Origin: a virus
Lineage: Duplodnaviria > Caudoviricetes
Virus record (IMG/VR): IMGVR_UViG_3300020045_005153
Location: 1 to 38,095 of that record
DNA: 38,095 bases
Direction: 5' to 3' (one strand)
The notes below the pieces were generated by a model. That model was not told the DNA's origin, ran no database searches, and worked only from the letters and a program-made list of their open reading frames with translations. Positions 28,602 to 36,091 of the stretch are shown here, piece by piece. Made by a program: the position numbers and the translations under genes. Numbering within the stretch: position 1 is the first letter of the stretch; each line of letters begins with the position of its first letter.

Positions 28602-29065
28602 ACTTCACCTCTATTATACTGAGCTTCCCAGCTTTTTCTTACGCAACAAGCTTCAAAGAAGTCAAACCCTTTATAGAGTTGTTCGTGCCGTCCTTGAGAA
28701 ACACTTGTTGCTACCCATTCTCCAGTATAATGACCTTTATATACTCCTTTGATTCCACTTGTATTATCACTACGTAATCTAGAATTTAAAGTTTGTTGTC
28801 TACGAGTAGCCCATCGACAGTTTTCTTTATAATAGTTCTTATTGTTATCTTTTCTATCAAGAGAGATTGCTTCAACCGTTTCCGGGCATTTTCCAACTTC
28901 TGTTACAAATACAGCAAAGTCATTCCAACGAGGATCGAAAGTTATCCCTCTTGCACCATAGTTTTTATAGCTATTGTTATTAGGATTTGTGCAACGCTCT
29001 TTCATGGAACGCCAAGCATTCCAAGTTTTACTTCCTCGTAATTCTTTTGAAAGCAATTTAGTCAT
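28598..29065 (-). CDS. HNH-type homing endonuclease with C-terminal AP2-like domain
   Basis: 'W..MK.RC.NP....Y..YG.RGI', 'SLDR.DN...Y..ENCRWAT...Q..N', 'NTSG.KGV'; AT-rich. Confidence 0.8.
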   Translation of the reverse strand: MTKLLSKELRGSKTWNAWRSMKERCTNPNNNSYKNYGARGITFDPRWNDFAVFVTEVGKCPETVEAISLDRKDNNKNYYKENCRWATRRQQTLNSRLRSDNTSGIKGVYKGHYTGEWVATSVSQGRHEQLYKGFDFFEACCVRKSWEAQYNRGEV

Positions 29066-29349
29066 AGTATCTCCTTGGAATTATTACTGTGATCCTCCAG
29101 CGCCAGCAGCTCGTTCGCTTGCTCTTGAATCTCGTTCGCCTCCACTTGCGCGTCTGCCAGGACCTGTTGCTTCTTCACAACGAGAAGTTGATACATGGCG
29201 ACGCGGAGTTTCTTGTCGTCGAGTGTCTCGAATTTTACTTGCTGCGTGTCTACAAGGACTTCATCTGTTCTTTCGTAACTGCTAAGGCGATAGTCGAATT
29301 CCTTATGATATGTATTCCAGTTAGCATACACATACACGGTCTTTTCCAT
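29062..29349 (-). CDS. Hypothetical protein
   Basis: 95 aa, preceded by the GGAGTGCTT motif. Confidence 0.75.
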   Translation of the reverse strand: MEKTVYVYANWNTYHKEFDYRLSSYERTDEVLVDTQQVKFETLDDKKLRVAMYQLLVVKKQQVLADAQVEANEIQEQANELLALEDHSNNSKEIL

Positions 29350-29360
29350 TTAAGCACTCC

Positions 29361-29978
29361 TTAAGAATCGAAACCAAAGACAAGCCGAAAATCTCCGTGA
29401 AGATCTTTCAGTCTCTTCACTTCATCGATAAAGTACTGTAACTCATTCTGCGTCTCTTTCCAAAAAATTCGCACATGGGTTGTTTCTTCTGTCACGTCTA
29501 CCGGAGTGGGTGCTCTGATTATCCTTTCCCCGCTTATCTCACCACTCCAGGTCTTCGGAGGAGTATGCCCATCCCAGGTTGTAAAGAAATCTATTGGCAC
29601 TACTCCACAATGCCAGAGTTGCGTGGGCGGCGGAGTTTGAAGTATCTCACTGGCTAGTAGCCAAGAATGTGAATGGTCTCCCATCCATTTAGTGGGATGT
29701 TCTTTATCCTCTTGATACTTTTGTGCGTGTTCGGACAGTGTGATAAGTGTTGTTGGATGCGCTTCATCTAGCATTTCAAAATCTTCCGGCAGCCCGCGCG
29801 GTGGAGTTATTGGTGTTATAGCCTTGTAAGTAGGAACTCCGGCAAAGCTATAACCGTTCCTCACATCAGCAAGCCAGGAGAAGAGTAAGTAATGGCGATT
29901 TTGTTCCCACTCCATTCTTATATCTTCCCATTTTCCGTTCTTTTTTACTTGTGCTATTGCGTGTATATCTGTTCCCAT
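29361..29978 (-). CDS. Conserved phage hypothetical protein
   Basis: 'MGTDIH', 'R.Y.LF..LADVRN', 'PRGLPED', 'HSHSWL', 'RLVFGFDS' signature; GGAGTGCTC RBS. Confidence 0.8.
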   Translation of the reverse strand: MGTDIHAIAQVKKNGKWEDIRMEWEQNRHYLLFSWLADVRNGYSFAGVPTYKAITPITPPRGLPEDFEMLDEAHPTTLITLSEHAQKYQEDKEHPTKWMGDHSHSWLLASEILQTPPPTQLWHCGVVPIDFFTTWDGHTPPKTWSGEISGERIIRAPTPVDVTEETTHVRIFWKETQNELQYFIDEVKRLKDLHGDFRLVFGFDS

Positions 29979-30008
29979 TTTGGAGCACTCCTTCTATCTC
30001 AGGTTAAC

Positions 30009-30224
30009 TTATTCTATCTCATCCAACAGATCTGCTGCATTCGGAATGGCCTTAATCGCCGCCTTGCGCTTCGTTACGGCGGCAGAGGAAGCCGAAGCGA
30101 CCCTTCCCGCGCGGAGGTAACGGACCGCTTCTATCATTTCTTCCTGCGTGATCGTCCCGTCTGCACATCGAATGCGCCACTCGGAGATTTTCTGGGACAG
30201 CTCAGGGGAGATTGGACTGGTCAT
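30009..30224 (-). CDS. Hypothetical protein
   Basis: 71 aa, ATGA-coupled. Confidence 0.7.
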   Translation of the reverse strand: MTSPISPELSQKISEWRIRCADGTITQEEMIEAVRYLRAGRVASASSAAVTKRKAAIKAIPNAADLLDEIE

Positions 30225-30382
30225 ACTGGCTCTCTTTCATCACGAAGAAACTGTTGTATTCCTTTGTCAAATTCGTCTTCTTGTGTGTAAGCGTAAGCTT
30301 CAATTGCTTCCATTGTAAGTCCTTCTATACGAAAGGCGTTTCTTGCCCACTTGTAACCGCGTTCAAAGTCGGGTGTATTCAT
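30221..30382 (-). CDS. Hypothetical protein (53 aa, MNTPDFERGY...)
   Basis: Translated by hand; ATGA overlaps at both ends, GAGG RBS. Confidence 0.65.
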   Translation of the reverse strand: MNTPDFERGYKWARNAFRIEGLTMEAIEAYAYTQEDEFDKGIQQFLRDEREPV

Positions 30383-30663
30383 ACTGGTACCTCACCTTTC
30401 AAAGTTTTAAGCAGCACGGAGATACTCGCCGGCGACCCACTTACCACACAAACTCCCGGTTCCGTCCCTGCGAAAGGGGCGAGATCGAGTTGCTTATTGT
30501 TGAAGAATGCCTGGACGAGTTCCATGTAGAACTGGCGGTATGCGCCCAGGGGAACCCGCCCCTCCGCGGCGGAGAATAGGTGGAGCATAACCCTGCCGTG
30601 AATGTCCTCCGGGAGCTTCAGGTTGAGGTTGACGGAGGGGATTAGATTCTTCGGCTTAGGCAT
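30379..30663 (-). CDS. Putative ribbon-helix-helix (Arc-like) DNA-binding protein
   Basis: 'VNLNLKLPEDIH' alternating strand followed by helices; TAATG coupling. Confidence 0.55.
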   Translation of the reverse strand: MPKPKNLIPSVNLNLKLPEDIHGRVMLHLFSAAEGRVPLGAYRQFYMELVQAFFNNKQLDLAPFAGTEPGVCVVSGSPASISVLLKTLKGEVPV

Positions 30664-30848
30664 TAGGAGTTCCACCAGTCATCAAGTTCGTCAAATTCCC
30701 CTTCCTCGGCGGCGGACTGGAGGATCTCCCACCCGCACTCTTGCATTCTGGCGATGAAGGAATGAGCGACAAGCTCAGAATGCTCCCCGTCGAAGGAGGC
30801 GGTGGTCCAGTCAATTCCCTCGGAAGGGCGGCATCTTAGTGTGATCAC
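30663..30848 (-). CDS. Small acidic hypothetical protein
   Basis: 61 aa, GTGA overlap, acidic C-terminus. Confidence 0.6.
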   Translation of the reverse strand: MITLRCRPSEGIDWTTASFDGEHSELVAHSFIARMQECGWEILQSAAEEGEFDELDDWWNS

Positions 30849-31054
30849 AGTTTTATTGCCCCCTCATCTGCTTCGTTGTCCGCATCAAGAATCCCCTTTG
30901 TGTATCCCGCGAGGAAGCATTCCCACCAGCTTTCCCATTGATGTCGAGTGCCGCCAGAGAGGGAATCGCCAGGGACGTGATGGGCATCTGCCCAGATGTT
31001 GAAGGCTGCCCAAGATTCGCAGGAAGCGTAACCGCGAGGAGGGAAGCGGGTCAT
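30845..31054 (-). CDS. Hypothetical protein
   Basis: 69 aa, GGAGG RBS, ATGA overlap. Confidence 0.65.
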   Translation of the reverse strand: MTRFPPRGYASCESWAAFNIWADAHHVPGDSLSGGTRHQWESWWECFLAGYTKGILDADNEADEGAIKL

Positions 31055-31662
31055 TTCTGTGCCTCCATCTCCACCCGGAGCGCTATCTTGGTATCTTGAT
31101 CCATCACTTCCAGGATGTTCGTTCCGGCGGGAAGCCAGAGGAGTTCCTCGTCCGCTCCTACGAATTGAGTAGGGGCCGCCAGTTCCACCCGCGCAATTGC
31201 TCCCTGGGTCAGTCGCACGTCCAGTTCACAAAGCATTGTGTAGACGCCAAGTTTTGCTAGACGAAGGTCCATCACAACCGTCTGGGTGGAATGCCAGCTC
31301 TGCGGGGAGGCGATCTCTCTGTGCTTCCCCAACCACCAGTCGCCGGAGACTTCCTCCGTCCCTTCGACCGAGGAGGGGGAGTCCACCCGAACCAGCCGCC
31401 TTGCTCCTTCGACCGTGTTATGAACTAACTCGGAGAATGTGCCTAGGACTGTTTGCGTCTCCTTGTGAAGGAGCGCGACGGTCCGAGTAAGCGTCCAGTT
31501 CTTTGGATCAAGAAACAGCTGGTCGGGTGGAGGAAGGGTATCTTTCGGCTTAATTCGCCGGGGTTTCTTCAGCTCTGCGTCCTCGGCGGCACGAGCTGCG
31601 CGAAGCTGCGTCTTTGCGATGGAGAAGAGTTCGTCAAGGGATTCTATATCTTGTAATGACAT
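31051..31662 (-). CDS. Hypothetical protein
   Basis: 203 aa, GGAGTGCTC RBS. Confidence 0.75.
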   Translation of the reverse strand: MSLQDIESLDELFSIAKTQLRAARAAEDAELKKPRRIKPKDTLPPPDQLFLDPKNWTLTRTVALLHKETQTVLGTFSELVHNTVEGARRLVRVDSPSSVEGTEEVSGDWWLGKHREIASPQSWHSTQTVVMDLRLAKLGVYTMLCELDVRLTQGAIARVELAAPTQFVGADEELLWLPAGTNILEVMDQDTKIALRVEMEAQK

Positions 31663-31677
31663 TGGGGAGCACTCCTA

Positions 31678-31896
31678 CTAGATAAAACGAGCAAGGGGAA
31701 TACAATTACAGAGTGTTTCGCATTCTCTGCAATGTGCTGTATCCATTAAATCGTCGAAATGTTTACCAGATGTAACTATGCGTAGCAGCATATGTCCACC
31801 TTTGATAGGCACTTTTATATAATCAAGTTTTTCTTTGCCGGAAAGGCACTGATATTGTTTTTTACGGTAGACTGCGTAAATTAATGCACTAGCCAT
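31678..31896 (-). CDS. Hypothetical Cys-containing protein
   Basis: Start taken at MASALIY, 3 nt after GGAGTGCTC. Confidence 0.65.
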   Translation of the reverse strand: MASALIYAVYRKKQYQCLSGKEKLDYIKVPIKGGHMLLRIVTSGKHFDDLMDTAHCRECETLCNCIPLARFI

Positions 31897-31917
31897 GTTG
31901 AGCACTCCTTGGTTATG

Positions 31918-31947
31918 GGTATCGGTTACACCGTTGTAACGGGCATC
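31918..31947. promoter_or_regulatory. Palindromic operator-like site, copy 3 of 3
   Basis: GGTATCG-GTTACA-CCGT-TGTAAC-GGGCATC, just downstream of the promoter at 31956-31982. Confidence 0.6.
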
Positions 31948-31955
31948 GGTATTAA

Positions 31956-31982
31956 TATGACCGCAACTACGGCGGAAAGTTC
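31956..31982 (-). promoter_or_regulatory. SigmaE/AlgU-type promoter (variant -10)
   Basis: GAACTT-N16-TCATA, intergenic. Confidence 0.5.
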
Positions 31983-31995
31983 ACAAGTCTTTCAT

Positions 31996-32208
31996 TTACT
32001 TGCGGTTGAGGTCGGCGGCCTGTCCGCGCCGGGGATCGTTGTAGCGGTCGTCGGAAGTGTCACGCTCAGTGGTGGGATCACTTCGACGGGTGAAAAGGCC
32101 GGTGAAGAATTTGTCCAGCCGCTGGCGGCGAAGATGGAACCCCTCCCTCGCGTGGAGGACTGCTTCTTCTGGCGTGATAGACTCCCCGCAATGGCGACAA
32201 GTTGGCAT
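31996..32208 (-). CDS. Hypothetical protein (MPTCRHCG...)
   Basis: 70 aa, CxxC...H, GGAGTGCTC RBS. Confidence 0.65.
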   Translation of the reverse strand: MPTCRHCGESITPEEAVLHAREGFHLRRQRLDKFFTGLFTRRSDPTTERDTSDDRYNDPRRGQAADLNRK

Positions 32209-32224
32209 AACTGAGCACTCCTAA

Positions 32225-32553
32225 GATGTGCACTCCGTGGGGGAAACAAAGTCGTGGTCGCCGCAGCGTATCTACAGTCCGTCGGCTTAATAGCGCAAGC
32301 GCCTCGCCTTCTCTGTTAGACCAAGGGCCCTTACGGAATCCCTCGACCACTACCCTTGCCGCCTCTCCGTGGAGTGCTCAAACTTTCCGGGGAGACTCGC
32401 CTCTCGAGATGGCTCGGGGAGGCTGGTTGAGTATCCCAATATTTCAGGGCTTTCTCAGTGCCGCGACCACCTCGAGGGTGGCCTTGGCCTCACTTCATAC
32501 TAAGGGCGAAGTGAGTTGTTTCGTGTGACCAGGGGCCCTGCCCTGGCTGCTGC
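32225..32553 (-). ncRNA. Putative structured non-coding/leader RNA carrying an anti-RBS sequence
   Basis: Largest gene-free gap in this part of the - strand arm. Stems GCCAGGG/CCCUGGU, CUCACUUCG/UGAAGUGAG, GGCCACC/GGUGGUC and nested GCACUCC/GGAGUGC + GUGGUCG/CGACCAC; most G-U pairs favour the - strand. Ends are approximate. Confidence 0.55.
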
Positions 32554-33237
32554 TTACTCTCCTATAGTGTCCAGCTCCGCATTAGCATCTACACGTGCGG
32601 TCTTCGCCAGCTTCGCTTCCTCCAATCTTTTAATTATAATCCCCGTTTCCGTCCCTGCGACCCGGAAGGAATCGTAGAGCGCGCGACGAGTGAGCTCGGG
32701 ATCTTTCTCCAGCTTCCCTTGAATGTAAGCCTTGATCGCCTCGAGTGTGGTCGGCGGCTTGCCCTTCGCAGCATTCCGTGCGTTGGTCGCTTCGAGGATA
32801 GCTTGCACCACGATACTTGCACCACTGACTGACCCACCACCAGAAGCACGACCACGACCCCAGGAACCTTTCTGTATCACCGCATCTAGGTCATCCACCG
32901 CCAGGACCATGTCCTCTTCAGACAGCGGCTTGTCCGCCGTGGTGGCCAGCTCGTCCCCGTATTTCTGCTCACCCCCGTGCCCGAGGAACTGAGCGTAGAG
33001 GGAGAGAGGCGGGTAGAACGTACGAGTATCCCCGTTACGGAAGTCCATCCGAATCCCGACTGCGCCGGCCTGCATCTGAATCGTGTCGCCTTCAATCGCA
33101 ATCTTGCTCTCGTCAATAATCATATTCTTATCGACTTTCCGCTTGCCGGCGAAGCGAACCTCGCGGCCATCCTTCATCTGCACAGCGGTGTATTCCGTCT
33201 TACTCTTCGTTACTGTCTCTGCTTGTGCTTCAGCCAT
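32554..33237 (-). CDS. Conserved hypothetical protein (paralog of 36853-37239)
   Basis: 227 aa, RBS AGGAG; HG...K.GD..A and W...R motifs. Confidence 0.8.
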   Translation of the reverse strand: MAEAQAETVTKSKTEYTAVQMKDGREVRFAGKRKVDKNMIIDESKIAIEGDTIQMQAGAVGIRMDFRNGDTRTFYPPLSLYAQFLGHGGEQKYGDELATTADKPLSEEDMVLAVDDLDAVIQKGSWGRGRASGGGSVSGASIVVQAILEATNARNAAKGKPPTTLEAIKAYIQGKLEKDPELTRRALYDSFRVAGTETGIIIKRLEEAKLAKTARVDANAELDTIGE

Positions 33238-33297
33238 CTTAATACTCCTAGGTGTGTGCAGCCTCTGGATTGAACTGGCGGCTGCGGGATTCCAGTT

Positions 33298-33432
33298 TTA
33301 CTTGAACTTGTAGCGGGCTGCTTCGGCGGCCTGTCGTGTCTCCTTTGTCCATTCAACGGAAGTCCAAAGGCCGGAAGGCAGCTTATACCAGTTACGGAGA
33401 GGAAGTTCGTAACTAAGGGGAATTTTTACCAT
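33298..33432 (-). CDS. Hypothetical protein (44 aa, MVKIPLSYEL...)
   Basis: Translated by hand; ATG 3 nt after GGAGTGCTC. Confidence 0.6.
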   Translation of the reverse strand: MVKIPLSYELPLRNWYKLPSGLWTSVEWTKETRQAAEAARYKFK

Positions 33433-33643
33433 CTTGAGCACTCCGTTTTGTTGGTTGTAATGATTTGACAATCCCGCCGGGGTTGAGTTCCTCAGTCTTT
33501 TGATACTTTTTGAAAGTTTGTGTAGGATATTCCTTCTTACAATGGATGCAGGTTAAGTGAACTTCCAGGAATGTTCCTCCTGCCGGCGGCTCATGAGACT
33601 TCAATAAGTTCTCTGCTTGCCAGAAATGCGGAGGACACTTCAC
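33413..33643 (-). CDS. Small Zn-binding hypothetical protein
   Basis: GTG start behind GGAGG; CPPHFW...CIHC. Confidence 0.55.
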   Translation of the reverse strand: MKCPPHFWQAENLLKSHEPPAGGTFLEVHLTCIHCKKEYPTQTFKKYQKTEELNPGGIVKSLQPTKRSAQDGKNSP

Positions 33644-33819
33644 CTGCACGGTCCTCCGCAGAGCCACCAGTCCAAGCTAGCGACGACGGCGAAGATTCCT
33701 AACACTGCCAATACGAGCAAGAGGCCCATACAGCCTTCCTTCATTGTGTCCCACCTGCGCCGAGCGAGTCGGCGGCGCTCTCTTCGTTCAATTTCCTGCA
33801 TCATCGGGCTTTGTTCCAT
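33640..33819 (-). CDS. Small membrane protein (59 aa, MEQSPMMQEI...)
   Basis: Translated by hand; Arg-rich N-terminus plus one TM segment; GTGA overlap. Confidence 0.55.
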   Translation of the reverse strand: MEQSPMMQEIERRERRRLARRRWDTMKEGCMGLLLVLAVLGIFAVVASLDWWLCGGPCR

Positions 33820-33988
33820 ACCTGTAATCTCCGTTCGGTTGAAGTTCGAGAAGGGGGAGTTGCATGAATCGCTCCGGGGTCTTCGGCGGCCGAGAAAGGA
33901 TTGCGCGGATCTGCGCCATCCAGAACGCAGACACGCGCAAGCGGCGCTCTACCTCGGCGGCACTACGCTTTGGATAATGCTTATTCAT
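33788..33988 (-). CDS. Hypothetical protein
   Basis: 66 aa, ATGA overlap with the upstream gene. Confidence 0.5.
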   Translation of the reverse strand: MNKHYPKRSAAEVERRLRVSAFWMAQIRAILSRPPKTPERFMQLPLLELQPNGDYRYGTKPDDAGN

Positions 33989-34467
33989 ATAGAGCGAAGT
34001 GCTGTGGGATATTTTGCGGCTTTCGGAAATTTCCCGCCTTCAAACACACAGGCGTAGTATTTATCTAGAAATTTCCATAGCGCTTCATCTCCTCCATTCA
34101 CAAGAGTTTGCATTGCAAAATCTGCATTCGTAGTCGAGCCGTCGTAGTAGCAAGGCTGTCCATCACAGTATTCACAAGTATCTATTTGTGGAGTATGCTC
34201 AAAGTAGCGAGGAGTTTTGGAATGATAACCAAGGTCTGCAGGGAGTGGTTTGTGTGCACTATCTTCATGATAACACTGTCGTTGCGGTATCCAGCCAGTG
34301 TAAAGAAGGAACTGCACTGCCCCTTTCTCTCCCTTCGCAACGAAGAGAAGATTCACTCCATGCTTACCATGCGAGCCGCCGAGTCCCGGCTTACAGCGAG
34401 GAGAGTTATACTTACACTCGAAAGCGATACAATCATAGCCTGCAGTGAAACGAATTATATGCTCCAT
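33985..34467 (-). CDS. Cys/His-rich conserved hypothetical protein
   Basis: Start taken at MEHIIRF behind GGAG; 'GAVQF...TGW', 'DLGYHS..P.Y', 'C.Y.DG..CYYDGS'. Confidence 0.75.
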   Translation of the reverse strand: MEHIIRFTAGYDCIAFECKYNSPRCKPGLGGSHGKHGVNLLFVAKGEKGAVQFLLYTGWIPQRQCYHEDSAHKPLPADLGYHSKTPRYFEHTPQIDTCEYCDGQPCYYDGSTTNADFAMQTLVNGGDEALWKFLDKYYACVFEGGKFPKAAKYPTALRSI

Positions 34468-34468
34468 G

Positions 34469-34642
34469 TCAGGACTCCGTTTCGGGTAATTGCGCACGAG
34501 CAATCTGTCGCACTGGCTGCCCTTCCGCCGGCACCTCCCACTTGTGAAGGAGGGAGAAGTGGAAAGGGTAGATGGGCTGAACGGGAAGCCGCGGGTCGAA
34601 GACGGTTGGTTCTGCTGCTGCGGGGAAGGTGTTCGTAGTCAT
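34469..34642 (-). CDS. Hypothetical protein (57 aa, MTTNTFPAAA...)
   Basis: Translated by hand; TAATG overlap, AGGAG RBS. Confidence 0.55.
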   Translation of the reverse strand: MTTNTFPAAAEPTVFDPRLPVQPIYPFHFSLLHKWEVPAEGQPVRQIARAQLPETES

Positions 34643-34821
34643 TAGATTGCTCCTATCAGATCGAAGATGTAATCTGGTTCCAGCCCAAACTCTTCCTCTA
34701 GCACTTCCTCTGGATCGTCCCCTTGCTGTACTCGCACCGCTGCCTCTGCAATCAACTCATCTGCTTCGGCGGCGGAGAGGGAATCCCTGCGCATCAATAC
34801 TTGCTTCAACGATTCGGCCAT
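34642..34821 (-). CDS. Small acidic conserved phage protein
   Basis: MAESLKQVLMRRD...EEVLEEEFGLEPDYIFDL; GGAGTGCTT RBS. Confidence 0.75.
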   Translation of the reverse strand: MAESLKQVLMRRDSLSAAEADELIAEAAVRVQQGDDPEEVLEEEFGLEPDYIFDLIGAI

Positions 34822-34859
34822 GTAAGCACTCCTAGTATCCATGCAATCGCATGTATTGG

Positions 34860-34886
34860 TTAGACAGTTACTGCCGGGACGAGTTC
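34860..34886 (-). promoter_or_regulatory. SigmaE/AlgU-type promoter
   Basis: (G)GAACTC-N16-TCTAA, intergenic. Confidence 0.55.
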
Positions 34887-34898
34887 CGCAGCGTCCCG

Positions 34899-35237
34899 TT
34901 AACTGTCGAGGAGGATCTTCCCGCCCTCTAGCACCACTAGCCGCCCTTCTAGCACAAGTTGCATATCCCGCTCACAGTGTGCAATTTGTTCTTGCGTCCA
35001 TCCTTGCTTTTCCGCATACTCGTGGGAGAGTTCGTTGTAGGACTTACAGAACAAGCGGAGCGCTTTAACCGTTCGTGGACTTTTCTCTACTCCGAGAGAA
35101 AGCTGTTCGGCGATTTGTTTTATCAGCTTTGTATTTATGTAAAGGGCGAACATTTCCCTCCCGTGCTGCTGCGCAATGGAGCGGAATTTGGGAGGGAGAT
35201 CAAGGAATTGTTCCTGTGTTTCGTCGGGCGTGCTCAT
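34899..35237 (-). CDS. Hypothetical protein
   Basis: 112 aa, ATGA overlap. Confidence 0.7.
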   Translation of the reverse strand: MSTPDETQEQFLDLPPKFRSIAQQHGREMFALYINTKLIKQIAEQLSLGVEKSPRTVKALRLFCKSYNELSHEYAEKQGWTQEQIAHCERDMQLVLEGRLVVLEGGKILLDS

Positions 35238-35614
35238 AAGTATCCTAGCTCTTTTGCGAGTTTCCTGTCTGTGAAAGGTGTGTCCTCTATCTCATCTAGC
35301 ATCTTTGCTGGCGTTTCTTTCCTTTCCGTAACTTGTTGCTGCATCTTATCCACCATGTTTCCTTCTGGGAAGAGTTGCGGGTTCATTTCTCTGAAACGTT
35401 TTTCCGAAGCTGCTGCGTCATCATCTGTCTTAAGCGCAGGTATTGCCATATACGCTCCTCTACTCTTAATCGCCCTGTAAACCGTAGTCTCCCCTACTCC
35501 CATAATCTCCGCTATATCCATCATAGTGTGGAGTTGTTTCCCGTTTTCATCGGTAAGGGAATAGAGTCGTTTAATTTCCATCGCTGCGCTTGGTGTTAAA
35601 GTCTTTCTTGTCAT
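35234..35614 (-). CDS. Helix-turn-helix DNA-binding protein
   Basis: 'TMMDIAEIMGVGETTVYRAIK' HTH. Confidence 0.75.
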   Translation of the reverse strand: MTRKTLTPSAAMEIKRLYSLTDENGKQLHTMMDIAEIMGVGETTVYRAIKSRGAYMAIPALKTDDDAAASEKRFREMNPQLFPEGNMVDKMQQQVTERKETPAKMLDEIEDTPFTDRKLAKELGYL

Positions 35615-35663
35615 AGTCGGCTGTCCTGTGTCGGCGGCGAGTCAATTCCCGCACGCATATTAA

Positions 35664-35690
35664 TTAGACAATTAACTGGTGAGAAAGTTC
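35664..35690 (-). promoter_or_regulatory. SigmaE/AlgU-type promoter
   Basis: GAACTT-N16-TCTAA, 50 nt upstream of the HTH gene. Confidence 0.65.
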
Positions 35691-35922
35691 AAAATTCCTT
35701 CCCCTCCTCCTTCTTCCCCCTCCTCCTGCTCCTCTCATCCCGACGGGTTCACAATATCGAGGATACTGGGAAGCCTTGATTTAAAAGGGAGATATTATGA
35801 AAAAAAAATCTTAAAATAAAACCCCTTAATAAATACCCAGTCGTTATTCCCCTCGAACCGGGGTAGGAGGGGAGGAGCAGAAGGAAGAGGAGGAGGAGAA
35901 TTTTCCTCCTTCTCCCCCTCTC
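35691..35922. repeat. Large imperfect inverted repeat with polypyrimidine/polypurine arms and AT-rich centre
   Basis: AAAATTC-(CCT)n-CTGCTCCTC ... GAGGAGCAG-(AGG)n-GAATTTT; inner pairs GGTTC/GAACC, ACTGGG/CCCAGT, AAGGG/CCCTT around an A9 tract. Confidence 0.65.
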
Positions 35923-35937
35923 CGTCAGTCTGTAAAC

Positions 35938-35997
35938 TTATCGCCAGAAAGCCAGGAGCAGAATACTTGCCATCAGTAGCAGGAGCGCACTAATCAT
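35938..35997 (-). CDS. 19-aa hydrophobic peptide MISALLLLMASILLLAFWR
   Basis: AAGGAG 6 nt upstream; overlaps the upstream stop. Confidence 0.4.
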   Translation of the reverse strand: MISALLLLMASILLLAFWR

Positions 35998-36091
35998 CCC
36001 GTTCTCCTTCCTGCAGTTCTTCCAACATCTCTCCCACCGTCGCCCGAAATTCTGGGCAATCTTCCAGTAGATCAAATAGTTCAGTAGTCAT
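35990..36091 (-). CDS. 33-aa acidic peptide (MTTELFDLLEDCPEF...)
   Basis: GGAGG RBS and ATGA overlap; translated by hand. Confidence 0.5.
   Translation of the reverse strand: MTTELFDLLEDCPEFRATVGEMLEELQEGERDD

Noticed and set aside
32316-32342. Additional sigmaE-type promoters at other TCTAA sites (32316; also 37258 and 2771)
   Set aside because: The -35 positions (GGGATT, CCCAAC, AAGGGA) do not match GAACTT, so they were not called.
32078-32528. ORFs 32078-32350 (-) and 32226-32528 (+) in the structured gap
   Set aside because: No convincing RBS or protein-like features; one overlaps a gene with a strong RBS and the other is antisense to the operon. Not formally excluded.
32225-32553. tRNA, tmRNA or self-splicing intron
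   Set aside because: No T-loop GTTCRA, acceptor stem or CCA end, and no group I/II core motifs seen; it does not interrupt a gene.
33960-34503. Shared YPKRS at the N-termini of two adjacent ORFs
   Set aside because: In the longer ORF it lies upstream of the likely start (34467), in a frame overlapping another gene; judged coincidental.
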